Of a stretch of 64,000 nt of DNA, positions 45,951 through 56,410 are shown piece after piece. The notes under the pieces were generated by a model. It did not search any database. It saw nothing but the letters and a program-made list of their open reading frames with translations, and was not told where the DNA came from. Each line of letters starts with the position of its first letter. The first letter of the stretch is position 1. The stretch comes from a virus (lineage: Duplodnaviria; Caudoviricetes). Made by a program: the position numbers and the translations under genes. The stretch spans positions 1 to 64,000 of the IMG/VR virus record IMGVR_UViG_3300029288_003134; one strand, written 5' to 3'.

Positions 45951-48254
45951 ATGCGAGAACAGGCAAATTCTTTAATAATAAATAACGTATTTACTGAATT
46001 AGACACTGGTTTTGATATTATTCAGTGGAGTATTTATTCTCCTGTGAATATTATCGTACAGGAGTATGCGGAGTCCGGCTGGGGTTTGGCTATAATGATT
46101 GCCTCAGGAAATCCCTACCTAAAATCCACCTCTATAAAAAAGCTGCGGATTAAAACGGTATCGGGTGGGGCCACCATTTATTATTCTGTTGTGGGTTTTT
46201 TAGCCTTTCATGGTACAGATGATATGGAAAAAGCCACCTATGATATAAATGATAATGGTATCGTAGACAAGGCGGAGACAGTCGATGATGGTGCTGGAAA
46301 TTCCTCTAATGCTGCGGATATTAAAGACGCAGTCGATAATTCTCATGCACCCGGTTCTGATAATCAGATTGCTTCTGGGGTTCCTTTTACACCAGACGGT
46401 GACATAGTTGCCACAGATGTGCAGGCCGCGATTGAAGAGGTCAGAGATGATACGGACATAAAGTTAGGCGGCAAGCAAGATAGTCTCGGTTATACAGCAG
46501 AGAATGTAGCCAATAAGGATACAGATGTTTTGCTCGCTTTAAACAGTGATACTAAATATCCTTCGCAGAAGGCTATAAAAACATTTAGTTTACAGCCGTG
46601 GGTAGACATCAATCGGGATGGTTTTTTAAATCAAACAGATACTACAATATCCTTTGATGGTACGAATACTTTTACCATAGCCCCGACATCCCCAGCAACT
46701 ACTTGGTCTTATTATAGAGCGGGCGTAAAGTACACGATTACGGGAAGTAAAACATGTGTGTTACCGGGTTCTCCGGTTACTACTGGAATCTACTATATTA
46801 CACTGGACTCAAATGATGGTACTCTCACACAATCCAATTCAGAATGGAATTTACTCGATAACTCTATTCCGGTTGCCACGATAGTTTTTAATAATAGTTT
46901 GACACCAAAATACCATTTAGCAGATGAGAGACACAGTATTTTAATTGATGGAAGAATGCACTATTATTTGCACAAGACTCGTGGAAGTCAGCCTATTAGT
47001 ATTGGAGCTCTAGGTGGTTTTACTTTAAATTCTGATGTAGATGTTGACAAAGTTTTTTCTATTGGTGATTCGCTTATTGCAGATGATGACATTATCCATA
47101 GTGAAACGGGTATAGCTAAACCAAACGGGGTAGATACGGCGTATTCTGTGTTCTATCGTACAGGGCCGACTACCTGGGCTTGGAAAAAGTCTAATATGCC
47201 TTTTATTTATAATGTTGGGAATACAAATAATTGGATTCAGTGGGATAACGCTGGAACAATGACAGATGCCACTGGCGGTGGTGGGGCTTTAACGCGCTGG
47301 GTAAATTCATACTTATTAGTTTCCAATATTGAGGGTGATGCTCGGTTTTTAATAATTCCAGGAAGGGCTATTTTTACATCCCTGGCAGCAGCACAAGCTG
47401 AATCACCCTCTGGTTTTGATTTTTCTGGCTTTATAATCAATGAGTCTGTAGTTGTCTACCGACTTACTTGGACTACGCCAACATCCACCTCTCAGGGTAA
47501 ATGTCGTTTAGCGGCTAACCCCACTCCGATAAATGTTACAACAATTTTAAATGCGGGTTCTGGGGCCAGTATAGATCATAATACCCTATCTGGTTTACAG
47601 GGTGGACAAACCGGAGAACGCTATCATTTAACAGATGCCGAGCATGTCGTAGTTGGAGACACATCCGGCGTGAATACAGGCGATCAGGTCTCTACTACAG
47701 TTGATTTTACTCCCAACGGTGACATAGCTGCCACCACTGTGCAAGAAGCTGTAGTTGAGGTTCGGGATGACGCAGATACTAAATTATCTGCTAAGGAGGA
47801 TACGGAAAATAAAGACACAGATGAAACATTAGCCGCAAATAGTGATACAAAATACCCATCACAAAAGGCAGTTAAAAGTTACGCTGACACCAAGGCTACG
47901 GAAGGGGCGTTTACAGATATTTCAGAGACTTCTACAATAACTGGTTGGGCCTCTTTGGGAGTCAAAAAAATATTTTTTAAACAGATCGGTTCAGTAGTTT
48001 TTGTTTTTTTTGATCTAGAGGGAACGAGTAATTCTACACAGGCTAGGTTTACTCTACCTGTTTCAGCCAATGCAGGCATTGTTATTTATGCTCCGGCTGC
48101 CTGGGCTAGTGAGGGTGGGGTTACGCTATCTGAGGCGTACTGTCAGATAAGTGGGTCTACTGTTTATTTAGCGAAAAATGCCGCAGTTGGGGAGAATTGG
48201 TCTGCGAGTGGAGGTAAGGCTTTTACTGGGCAAGCAATGTTTGTGCTGGCATAA
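45951..48254 (+). CDS. fibre protein
   Basis: YDINDNGIVDKA, ANSDTKYPSQKA repeats, HNTLSGLQGG, SGVNTGDQ, C-terminal beta domain. Confidence 0.8.
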   Translation: MREQANSLIINNVFTELDTGFDIIQWSIYSPVNIIVQEYAESGWGLAIMIASGNPYLKSTSIKKLRIKTVSGGATIYYSVVGFLAFHGTDDMEKATYDINDNGIVDKAETVDDGAGNSSNAADIKDAVDNSHAPGSDNQIASGVPFTPDGDIVATDVQAAIEEVRDDTDIKLGGKQDSLGYTAENVANKDTDVLLALNSDTKYPSQKAIKTFSLQPWVDINRDGFLNQTDTTISFDGTNTFTIAPTSPATTWSYYRAGVKYTITGSKTCVLPGSPVTTGIYYITLDSNDGTLTQSNSEWNLLDNSIPVATIVFNNSLTPKYHLADERHSILIDGRMHYYLHKTRGSQPISIGALGGFTLNSDVDVDKVFSIGDSLIADDDIIHSETGIAKPNGVDTAYSVFYRTGPTTWAWKKSNMPFIYNVGNTNNWIQWDNAGTMTDATGGGGALTRWVNSYLLVSNIEGDARFLIIPGRAIFTSLAAAQAESPSGFDFSGFIINESVVVYRLTWTTPTSTSQGKCRLAANPTPINVTTILNAGSGASIDHNTLSGLQGGQTGERYHLTDAEHVVVGDTSGVNTGDQVSTTVDFTPNGDIAATTVQEAVVEVRDDADTKLSAKEDTENKDTDETLAANSDTKYPSQKAVKSYADTKATEGAFTDISETSTITGWASLGVKKIFFKQIGSVVFVFFDLEGTSNSTQARFTLPVSANAGIVIYAPAAWASEGGVTLSEAYCQISGSTVYLAKNAAVGENWSASGGKAFTGQAMFVLA

Positions 48255-48300
48255 ATTATTTAGGTTTAATTTTATGTACTAAAACTAATGGGGGTGTAAT

Positions 48301-48552
48301 ATGACGGAACCAAGTAAGGATTTACAGTATTTAGGCGATGGTTTAGGGGCATTTTTTCCGGCTAAGGACGCAGTTATTGGGGATAAGACCTATCAGGGTT
48401 TTATTCACATTTCTGGAGCATCTGTTATTATGCGTATTACGGCAGTGGATGAGAATACAAATAATACAGATTATGCGGATGGTGGAAAAGACCTCGTAAA
48501 TTGGGTGAATAAAGCTAGTTTATCTTATGGGTCTATAAATAGGTTAGCATAA
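48301..48552 (+). CDS. small virion/fibre-associated protein
   Basis: Between the fibre genes; WVNKASLSY motif. Confidence 0.55.
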   Translation: MTEPSKDLQYLGDGLGAFFPAKDAVIGDKTYQGFIHISGASVIMRITAVDENTNNTDYADGGKDLVNWVNKASLSYGSINRLA

Positions 48553-48562
48553 GGAGAAATAA

Positions 48563-51500
48563 ATGGCTAAGAAATATTTTGATAAGTATGGCAGAATTTT
48601 TACTATTCCCGAGGTCGTGGCGGCTACTTGGGCCAGTTTAACTGGAAAGCCAAATTCAACTCCAGCGGATATTGATAGTGCGGTTTCTTTAAAACATGCC
48701 GCGCATTCTGACGATCAGGATTTGAGTGGCAAAGTTGATAAGGTTTCTGGTAAATCTTTAGTGACTGATACAGAAATATCCAAAATACACACACAAGGCA
48801 CAGATCAGGGGCTTGATACGGGTGGGCCTAACGCAGTAACGGCGGCTCAAGCTAAGACTGCTTATTCACATTCACAGGCTGTACATGCTCCTTCAGATGC
48901 GGTTTCATTAGCTACAGTCAAGGGTGATTCTGATATTTCAGATGCTATCTCCAAGAAACATGCGAGTGGTTCTGATAATCAGGCAGCCTCGGGAGTTCCT
49001 TTTACACCGGACGGAGATATAGTGGCTACAGACGTACAGGCCGCTATTGAAGAAGTCCGGGATGACACCGACATTAAACTGGGGAATAAGGCCGGGCTTC
49101 CTCAGCAAATTGTAACAGTGGGAAAAGCAAATGCACAGTTTACCACGATTCAGGGGGCTATAGATTCCATTTTAGACGCGACAACCTCTAAAAGATATAC
49201 AGTTTTAGTAAATCCTGGTTTATATTCCGAGGCTGTTGTGATGAAGGCTTTTGTTGATGTGGTTGGTCTTGATAGGTTTTCTTGTCAGATTAGTATTACG
49301 TCTGCAAATTGTGTGACAAGTGCAAATGATTGTGAAATTGCAAATTTTCATATTTATCAAACTGCGGCGTTTAATGCTTTAAGGCTAGTAAATACTACGA
49401 ATACATTTACTGTCCGTAATTGTTATATTACTGCAACTAGAACTGGAACGGGTGTTGTGACTATTTCAACTACTAGCGGATTTAAGGACATAAATATATA
49501 TAATTCTCTTATTGAAGCTATTGTTCTATCAGCTACGTCCGATTCTGCTAACGTTTTAAATAACATCGGAAATTGTAACATTTATGATTCTCAGATTATT
49601 TCAACTGGCGGAGACGCTGGTTCTACTGCTATATTTTTACGAACCGGAACGGGAAATATTAAGAATTGTAAAATTTCGGTTAGTGATGCAAATGTTAATT
49701 CTAGAGCAATTTATTGTGATGGAACAGGGACAAAAACAATAGCTGATTGTATTCTTACGTCGGCTGGAACTTACTCTATTTATAATGCTGGTGTTTTAAA
49801 AACTCAAAATGTTTATGAAACATCTGGTAAACTTGTAAATAATGACGGTGGTACACAGACTAATCTAGATAATCACAATGCCTTAGCCGGATTACAGGGT
49901 GGTACAGGCGGAGAATTTTATCATTTGACGGCAGTTCAAATTTCTGATATTGGTACAATCTCTGGAAAGGAAAGTTTATCAAATAAATCTACAGACTCTA
50001 GTTTAGGTAGTAGTAATAGTCTTTATCCCTCTCAGAAAGCTGTTAAAGATTACGTGGATGGGGTTAGTGTCGGAAGTGCCACGTTAGAGACTATTTTATT
50101 AGATATTGTTTTAAATTCCTTTAGGTTAATTCGGTTAAACGCTTTAGCTTTTATTAAGTTAAGTGCTGGTTTTATTGATGGTTTTATGGATGAGACTGGC
50201 GTAGATTTAACGCGATCAATAAATCAAGAGTATAATTCTTCTGAGGATTATTATTCTAGTGTATTAGCGCAGGATAGTTATACTAAGCTGTTATTACACT
50301 TTGATGGTGTTGACGGAAGTACCACATTCACTGATGCGATGGGGCATACTGTAACTCCGCAAGGAGATGTGCAAATAGATACAGCTCAGTCGGTTTTTGG
50401 CGGAGCGAGTGGTTTATTTGATGGAACCGGAGATTATTTAGATATAGATGATTCTTCCGATTGGGATTTGCTGGCCGGAAAATGGACACTAGATGTTTGG
50501 GTTACTATGAATGTAGCGAATGCTTATCAAATGCTATATCATCAAGGCCCAGGTACAGACACTAATGAATTCGTTGTTTTAATCAATTCTAGCAATCAAA
50601 TAGAAACAATCGCGTATTCTGGAAGTTCTATTTTATTTGATAAGGTTTGGGCTTGGGGAAATGATACGGGTGTAGCACATCATTTAGAATTATGCCGTAG
50701 TGATAATGATTTATTATTATTTCGAGATGGTACTTTAGTTAGTTCGCAGTCTATCGGTGCAGTTACGTTTCCCGCTATTGCACACACTATTCGTATTGGC
50801 GCGAGCGGTAATGCGGCAGCCATCCCTTTTAATGGCTGGTTAGATGAGCTTAGGCTTAGTGTGGGTATCGCCCGGCATACCACAAATTTTACACCAGAAA
50901 CTTCGGCATATACGGGTTCACCCGCATCAGTCTTTTCAAGTAAGTATAAATTAGTTTTGCACTTTAATGATAGTGATGGAGAATCAATTATTGATTCCTC
51001 AGTTTCGCCGCATACGATGACATCAAGTAATGTGGCATATGATACTGTCAATAAGGTTTTTGGCAGTTCTGGTTTAATTTTTAATGCGGCATTATCAAAT
51101 GTGCAGACAGATGACCATGCTGATTTTGATATTGGTACGGAAGATTTTGGAATTGCTTTGCACGGAAGATTGACAACCCTACCCGGAACTAGCGGCTATG
51201 CCCCCATTGTTGGGCAATCTAATGGTGCTGTGCATGATACGATTTCATATTTTTCTTATATTTATAATGATGCCGGAGACCTTAAACTTGGTTTTGAGTT
51301 TACGGAGGATGGCACCACTAAGATAGAGGTTTTATCTGATGCCTTAACAATAAATATAAATGAATGGCATAATTATCAAATTATCCGTAACGGCCAGTAC
51401 ATAAAATTTTATATGGATTTTGTCCTGGTTGGAACACGGGACATTGGTGTTGGTAAAAACTTTTATAATAGTGCTGGAAAACTCACTATAGGCATTGACC

Positions 51501-51937
51501 CAACTTGGTGGTGGCTCGGGGGTGGGGATACTGCTTGGGTTGGTCAGATTGATGAGTTTATATTCTATCGGGGTACGCTGAGTACAACAATCCCCTCTCA
51601 ATATACTCCTGGCGTGAATACAATCCTGTGCTCAAAAACCCTGGCATTATCAGCAGCTCCACTGTCTGCTCGGGTTGTTGTTTTTGAATCAGACATAGAT
51701 TCAATCACATTGAATACAGATTTAGTGTTAGAGGCCTCGATAGATAATGGAGTCTTTCTTTTACCTGTTACTTTAACGGATGCCGGAGAATACGAGACTG
51801 GCTCCCGTATATTAACGGGTACAGTCGATTTTTCTGATGCGCCCGCTGGCACCAGCCTTGTTTTAATGGCAATTATTCAAAATAATAAACGATTAAAGTT
51901 GAATGGACTGGGTATTACTAATTTACAGTACGCTTAA
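48563..51937 (+). CDS. fibre/receptor-binding protein: beta-helix plus two LamG domains
   Basis: FTTIQGAIDSI..PGLYSE pectin-lyase-like start; LLLHFDG...DELRLS and LVLHFND...IDEFIFY LamG repeats. Confidence 0.88.
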   Translation: MAKKYFDKYGRIFTIPEVVAATWASLTGKPNSTPADIDSAVSLKHAAHSDDQDLSGKVDKVSGKSLVTDTEISKIHTQGTDQGLDTGGPNAVTAAQAKTAYSHSQAVHAPSDAVSLATVKGDSDISDAISKKHASGSDNQAASGVPFTPDGDIVATDVQAAIEEVRDDTDIKLGNKAGLPQQIVTVGKANAQFTTIQGAIDSILDATTSKRYTVLVNPGLYSEAVVMKAFVDVVGLDRFSCQISITSANCVTSANDCEIANFHIYQTAAFNALRLVNTTNTFTVRNCYITATRTGTGVVTISTTSGFKDINIYNSLIEAIVLSATSDSANVLNNIGNCNIYDSQIISTGGDAGSTAIFLRTGTGNIKNCKISVSDANVNSRAIYCDGTGTKTIADCILTSAGTYSIYNAGVLKTQNVYETSGKLVNNDGGTQTNLDNHNALAGLQGGTGGEFYHLTAVQISDIGTISGKESLSNKSTDSSLGSSNSLYPSQKAVKDYVDGVSVGSATLETILLDIVLNSFRLIRLNALAFIKLSAGFIDGFMDETGVDLTRSINQEYNSSEDYYSSVLAQDSYTKLLLHFDGVDGSTTFTDAMGHTVTPQGDVQIDTAQSVFGGASGLFDGTGDYLDIDDSSDWDLLAGKWTLDVWVTMNVANAYQMLYHQGPGTDTNEFVVLINSSNQIETIAYSGSSILFDKVWAWGNDTGVAHHLELCRSDNDLLLFRDGTLVSSQSIGAVTFPAIAHTIRIGASGNAAAIPFNGWLDELRLSVGIARHTTNFTPETSAYTGSPASVFSSKYKLVLHFNDSDGESIIDSSVSPHTMTSSNVAYDTVNKVFGSSGLIFNAALSNVQTDDHADFDIGTEDFGIALHGRLTTLPGTSGYAPIVGQSNGAVHDTISYFSYIYNDAGDLKLGFEFTEDGTTKIEVLSDALTININEWHNYQIIRNGQYIKFYMDFVLVGTRDIGVGKNFYNSAGKLTIGIDPTWWWLGGGDTAWVGQIDEFIFYRGTLSTTIPSQYTPGVNTILCSKTLALSAAPLSARVVVFESDIDSITLNTDLVLEASIDNGVFLLPVTLTDAGEYETGSRILTGTVDFSDAPAGTSLVLMAIIQNNKRLKLNGLGITNLQYA

Positions 51938-52018
51938 AGTCTGTTACCCTACAATATTGCGAATACACCGGATTGTAGGTTAATTGAGTCGAAAAGAGCC
52001 CCTGGAATGATGGGGCAT

Positions 52019-52062
52019 GGGCTGGATAGCCGGGGATTCCTGGCGTTCAGCCCTTTCTTTTT
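52019..52062 (+). terminator. intrinsic terminator ending the late block
   Basis: GGGCTGGA..GCCGGG-GATT-CCTGGC..TTCAGCCC followed by TTTCTTTTT. Confidence 0.7.
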
Positions 52063-52069
52063 GTCCCGA

Positions 52070-53000
52070 GCGGGGATAATCTGCCGGAAATCTGGTCAGA
52101 AATGATCGGAGAAGTGGTCAATTATACCCTATATGGCATGGAATTTAGACCTGTGGATGCTGTATAGCGCATGATCTATAGGCCGCCGGGCGCGGCCCGC
52201 TTGCCGTGAATCAGCCCTCGCTACCGCTCCGGCATGATTCCGGCCCTTATGCAATCCCCTACAATCGTATGTATCGAACCATACAAGACGGTTCGGAAAG
52301 TTATACAAAGTTTAGCCCGATATAGCGTGCGCCCCGCGATAGCCAGCCTCGGGCCGTCCGTTCCACTCCCGCCCCTCGGCACGGCTTCGCCTCACTGCCA
52401 CAGAGCTGAACTGAGCTGAGCCCCACAGCCCTGCACTGTCAAAGGCCCGCAAGCGGGCCCAGCAAAGGCCATCGAATTACATCTCATTACATGACAGTAA
52501 TTTAACAATCCTGTTACAGTCCAGCGCAGACCCCCGTCCAGAGCAGTTCACCGGAAATTCCGGCACACTCATTTCTCTTGTCAGAAAAAACATACACTCT
52601 TTCTGACAGAAATCGCGCCTTCAACTATAGAACTGTCAAAATTCGACAGTTTCCCGCACAAATGACTCAATGTATACACAGGAGTACACATTCTGTGGCA
52701 GGAGTGCTACAGGTTCTTGCTGTGACAAAACTGATACAATTACCGCCAACAATCGCCTCATTCCTTAAATGACTCCAAAAGGGCCTCCAGCAACGTCAGG
52801 ATGCCCTACAGTAACAGTTCTGCTACAGAGGGGCCCACAGTGCTGTCTCATAGAAAGTGCCAGGAAAAGGCCCCGTAGGGGCCACTGTAGCGGCCCGAAG
52901 CGGTGGCAGAGCGAAGCGGAGCCCCGCTGAGGGGATAAGATAGGGCAGGTAGGGGGTAAGTTATAGGGAATTAAGGAGTTCTATAAGGATGTCACCGTGG
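52070..53000. other. non-coding hairpin-rich region, candidate replication origin
   Basis: GC hairpins, GCGAAGC on opposite strands in inverted arms, C-rich left and G-rich right. Confidence 0.5.
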
Positions 53001-53062
53001 GCAAGAAACTAGCTGGTCTTTCTTGTCGTCGTAAGGCTGACCGCATTTAGGGCAATATCTTT

Positions 53063-53431
53063 TCATTCTTTCCCGTCCTCCGTGGTTGGTTTTCCTTCGG
53101 CTTTATTGATTGCCTCTTGAGCCATACGCATAGCATTTTCCCAAGATTCTTTATGGCGGATTAAAGGTGGCCCATTTTGCTCGGTAATAAGTTCCTTTAA
53201 CGCCTCCAAAAGATCAGGCGCGGAGGATATTAAATCCGTATTACCGCCTGTTATTCGTAAATGTTTTCTTAAAATTTCATAAATATCTTGATAATTTAGT
53301 TCTATGCACAACACCTCGGCTTCTTCATCATCGGTCATTTCAACAAATTCTAATGTCCTAAGATTTGAGTAAACACGAACTTTATTTCCTAATTTATTTT
53401 TAAAAGTTTCATAGTGTCCAGTAGAACTCAT
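53063..53431 (-). CDS. hypothetical protein
   Basis: SAPDLLEAL...AINKA motif; start MSSTGH with AGGAG RBS. Confidence 0.65.
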   Translation of the reverse strand: MSSTGHYETFKNKLGNKVRVYSNLRTLEFVEMTDDEEAEVLCIELNYQDIYEILRKHLRITGGNTDLISSAPDLLEALKELITEQNGPPLIRHKESWENAMRMAQEAINKAEGKPTTEDGKE

Positions 53432-53495
53432 TTTTAATCTCCTTTTATTTTCCCGACGATTAAAGAGTGGATTTTTTTTAGCTACGTCCTCCGCG

Positions 53496-53678
53496 CTATG
53501 AATAATTGTTATTTTTCTTGCTATCTCCTCCACCGTCGGCATATTGGCAACATAAGCGGCGGAGGACACAGGCCCTATTACCGTCTTCGGGGATTTCATA
53601 CGGATTGCCCCACTTGGAGGGGCGGCCTATGTAAACGTCGTAGCGATCTGTGCGGAGATTAACTACTTTGGTTTGCAT
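53496..53678 (-). pseudogene. truncated DUF4326-family gene
   Basis: DVYIGRPSKWGNPY is present but the C-terminal half is missing. Confidence 0.55.
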
Positions 53679-53828
53679 ATTTCAGGCTTTGTTTTAAGCG
53701 TTCTCTCCAAGGGGCCCACTAAAGGCAGTCATTACAGCAAAGGCTTTTCTGGCCGAAAACTTGGACAGGAATAATATGCGTACTTTTGCAGCGCGGGCAG
53801 CGATATTCGATTTTATTTCCGGGACTCC

Positions 53829-54158
53829 TCATGCCGGGCACGCTTGATCGGCCTGTAAAAGGGCGTTTTCCAGGGATTCCTTGATCTCAGGGGTCAACTT
53901 TCCGGTGTGGAGTTCAACTCCGCGATCATACCAAAAACCACGGTTTGTTTTGGAGATCAGAAGATACTGAACAGGGATATACCTCGTCTTGCTCATAAAA
54001 CCACCGGAAAAGAAGCTATGACCGTCCCGCCTTAAAATGCCGTAAGCCTTACCCTCCAGATAAACGGAATAATACGTCTTTCCGGCTAGTCCGTGTGTAT
54101 ACGTTTTGACGTAATCAGGCTGCTCTAAGTACCGCTGGTATCTTTCGGGAGCGTTCAT
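53829..54158 (-). CDS. hypothetical protein
   Basis: ORF coupled to its neighbour. Confidence 0.6.
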   Translation of the reverse strand: MNAPERYQRYLEQPDYVKTYTHGLAGKTYYSVYLEGKAYGILRRDGHSFFSGGFMSKTRYIPVQYLLISKTNRGFWYDRGVELHTGKLTPEIKESLENALLQADQACPA

Positions 54159-54460
54159 TGTACCTCAGTCTCTCGTCCTTTCCGCCACTGCTCTAAAAGA
54201 ATGTTGTTAATCATTACAATGACTTGCGTCATTCCCTGCCTGGAATAATTTCCTACGGGATTACAGGTGTATGGAAACATATATTCTTCCAACAACAATT
54301 TAATAATCGCCTTCGTCGGCTCAATCCTCGGCGGCCCGTCAACCATTTTGCTGGCGTTAGTAATATGGGCGGTGAGATTGCATATTTTACAGTCATCATT
54401 AGGAACCTGATGGATACTGCAAAACGAGATTTTCTCCTCGGGCTTCTGCGGCTCGGTCAT
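54155..54460 (-). CDS. hypothetical protein
   Basis: CSIH..CKIC putative metal site. Confidence 0.55.
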   Translation of the reverse strand: MTEPQKPEEKISFCSIHQVPNDDCKICNLTAHITNASKMVDGPPRIEPTKAIIKLLLEEYMFPYTCNPVGNYSRQGMTQVIVMINNILLEQWRKGRETEVQ

Positions 54461-54612
54461 TTAAGACTCACTTTCTTCGCATTCAACACAAATACAGTTT
54501 TTACCCGCTGGATTACAACAGGCCGTAGAGCCCTCAAATTGGCATCTTGGACAGGAGACCAACTGATCTTTCTTATCATCGTAAGCTTGACCACACTTCG
54601 GGCAATATCTTT

Positions 54613-55503
54613 TCATTCCGGGCTCCTTTTAAGATTATATTTTAAGTAGTAATCAAAAAGAAACTGTCCGCAACTCGCCCCAACATCGACACCGGGTGGA
54701 CAATAATACTCCGTCTTGATACCCGCAGGACTTAACACAGGATTAAAAACAGTGGAAATGATCTGCATATCCTGTTCTTTTGTTGTTTTGGGGCTATCCG
54801 TGTTATACCGCAGAAATTTAACGGAGGCTTTAATCTGTTGAGCATACTCCTTTAATCGAAGCGCATCCTCTGGTCTATCGTTTATCCCCTGAATTAAGGC
54901 GTAATGGATTTCGATTGGAAAATCTTTTTTGGCTAAGTAAACCAGCGGGCCCAGGGAGTCTGTAATGGTTAAGGCTTTTGGCATCCAAAGCTTTCTACGG
55001 GAATCTTCCGTAAAGTGCAGTGACCAATGAAACTTAACCGAAATATGGTTATCAATCAAACAGGCTACAAAATTTGTAAACTGCCGCCATACCATATCCT
55101 GCGGAAAGAGTGAGGCCAATGCAAACCGGGAATTTGGAAAAACTTTGTGAATTCTATTCATGGAGGAGAAAACACCTGTCATATTGAGTAGGGGTTCCCC
55201 ACAGCCCATATAAGAAACCAAAAGGAGTTTCTGATTGTCTAAATTTAATATGCGATAGACCTGCTCTACTGCGGAGGAGATTTCATTCCAACGAATATTT
55301 CTTACCTGAAGCTTTCCAAGAAATTTTGTTGTATAACAGAACTTGCAGCCCTGTAAACATGCGGATTGAGAGGATACGCATAAAATATCTTTGCCGTCAT
55401 CCTTATTGATATAGGCAATCTCAAAGATCAAACCGTCGCTTAATTGGAATACAAATTTAACGGTTTTATCAACTTTGGATTTAATAGTATCAAGTAATCG
55501 CAT
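54613..55503 (-). CDS. RlmN/Cfr-like radical SAM methyltransferase
   Basis: LCVSSQSACLQGCKFCYT, MGCGEP, SLH, IQGIND, GVDVGASCGQ. Confidence 0.88.
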   Translation of the reverse strand: MRLLDTIKSKVDKTVKFVFQLSDGLIFEIAYINKDDGKDILCVSSQSACLQGCKFCYTTKFLGKLQVRNIRWNEISSAVEQVYRILNLDNQKLLLVSYMGCGEPLLNMTGVFSSMNRIHKVFPNSRFALASLFPQDMVWRQFTNFVACLIDNHISVKFHWSLHFTEDSRRKLWMPKALTITDSLGPLVYLAKKDFPIEIHYALIQGINDRPEDALRLKEYAQQIKASVKFLRYNTDSPKTTKEQDMQIISTVFNPVLSPAGIKTEYYCPPGVDVGASCGQFLFDYYLKYNLKRSPE

Positions 55504-55506
55504 TAT

Positions 55507-56052
55507 TTATCCTTTGAGGGCGTAAAACCCGGAGGGGCCCTTCTTTAGGTGAAGTCTTACGCCTTTTTTGGCCGCTATTCCTCTGTTCAGGGCTTTCAAC
55601 TCCGGGTTATTCAAGTAACTCCAGATTTTCTGTTTTTGCTCTTCAATCGGCAGACCTTCAAGTTTTGAGTGTAATTCTTGAGGAACAAAAGCACAATTTT
55701 CTAAGGTATAGTTTTTGTCGGAATCAAACCTATGCAAATTGGGTCTCTTCATCCTAGCTGCTTGGTAAGAATCCCAAAGTTGTTTAATAGTTGTTTTATC
55801 TAACTCACACTTAATACCTTTACGTTGATAAGCGGTCTTTTCTCGTTTACACCGCTCCTTAGCTTTTGACAGAGAGACTAGCCAGGGTTTTAATTTTTTG
55901 TATTTTTCGAGATATGCTCTTTGTTTGTCTGGATTTTTCTTTTGCCACTCTCGGACTGTTTGACTAACCTTAGCTTTATGCCTATAATAATATCGTAATT
56001 GTTTTGCAATTAGTCTCAGACGATATTTTTGATATTTGGCAGTAGAGTTCAT
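55507..56052 (-). CDS. HNH-like endonuclease
   Basis: Basic helical N-terminus, PNLHRFDSDKNYTLENCAFV. Confidence 0.7.
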   Translation of the reverse strand: MNSTAKYQKYRLRLIAKQLRYYYRHKAKVSQTVREWQKKNPDKQRAYLEKYKKLKPWLVSLSKAKERCKREKTAYQRKGIKCELDKTTIKQLWDSYQAARMKRPNLHRFDSDKNYTLENCAFVPQELHSKLEGLPIEEQKQKIWSYLNNPELKALNRGIAAKKGVRLHLKKGPSGFYALKG

Positions 56053-56410
56053 AGCGATCTGTTAAAAGAGTGAAAAGAATAACGTATAAAGAAAATAAGA
56101 ATCCTCCGGGGAAAGGCCGTCCGACTTCGTTTTATTTACAGGTTCAGACGGTCTTTCGGGCGGCGTACTGGGTGGTACATACAGGTACGGGCCTGTCTCT
56201 TCAGCTTCGGCGTCAAACATTAGGCTGTCCTTTCAATGTATTCAATTTCAGCTATATTGATATACATAACGCTTTTGGGTTTGCTCAAACCAGTCCAAGC
56301 TAACCGGATAATCTCATTTGCATTCCTTGTTACGGTCAATTCCGTGCAGACAATAGTCTGTTTTTGACCAGATTTAAAATAGATATTAAAGCGACATTCA
56401 TCAGACATTT

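Noticed and set aside
45951-51937. Diversity-generating retroelement acting on the fibre genes
   Set aside because: No reverse transcriptase in the window, and the repeated modules differ at synonymous sites rather than specifically at adenines
52234-52772. Short plus-strand ORFs in the 52-53 kb gap
   Set aside because: No RBS, they lie downstream of a terminator, and the sequence is dominated by hairpins
56090-56219. Hammerhead ribozyme (CTGAAGAG...CGAAA on the minus strand)
   Set aside because: Stem II does not close onto GAAA, and the stretch reads as a small ORF (MFDAEAEETGP...) coupled to the upstream gene
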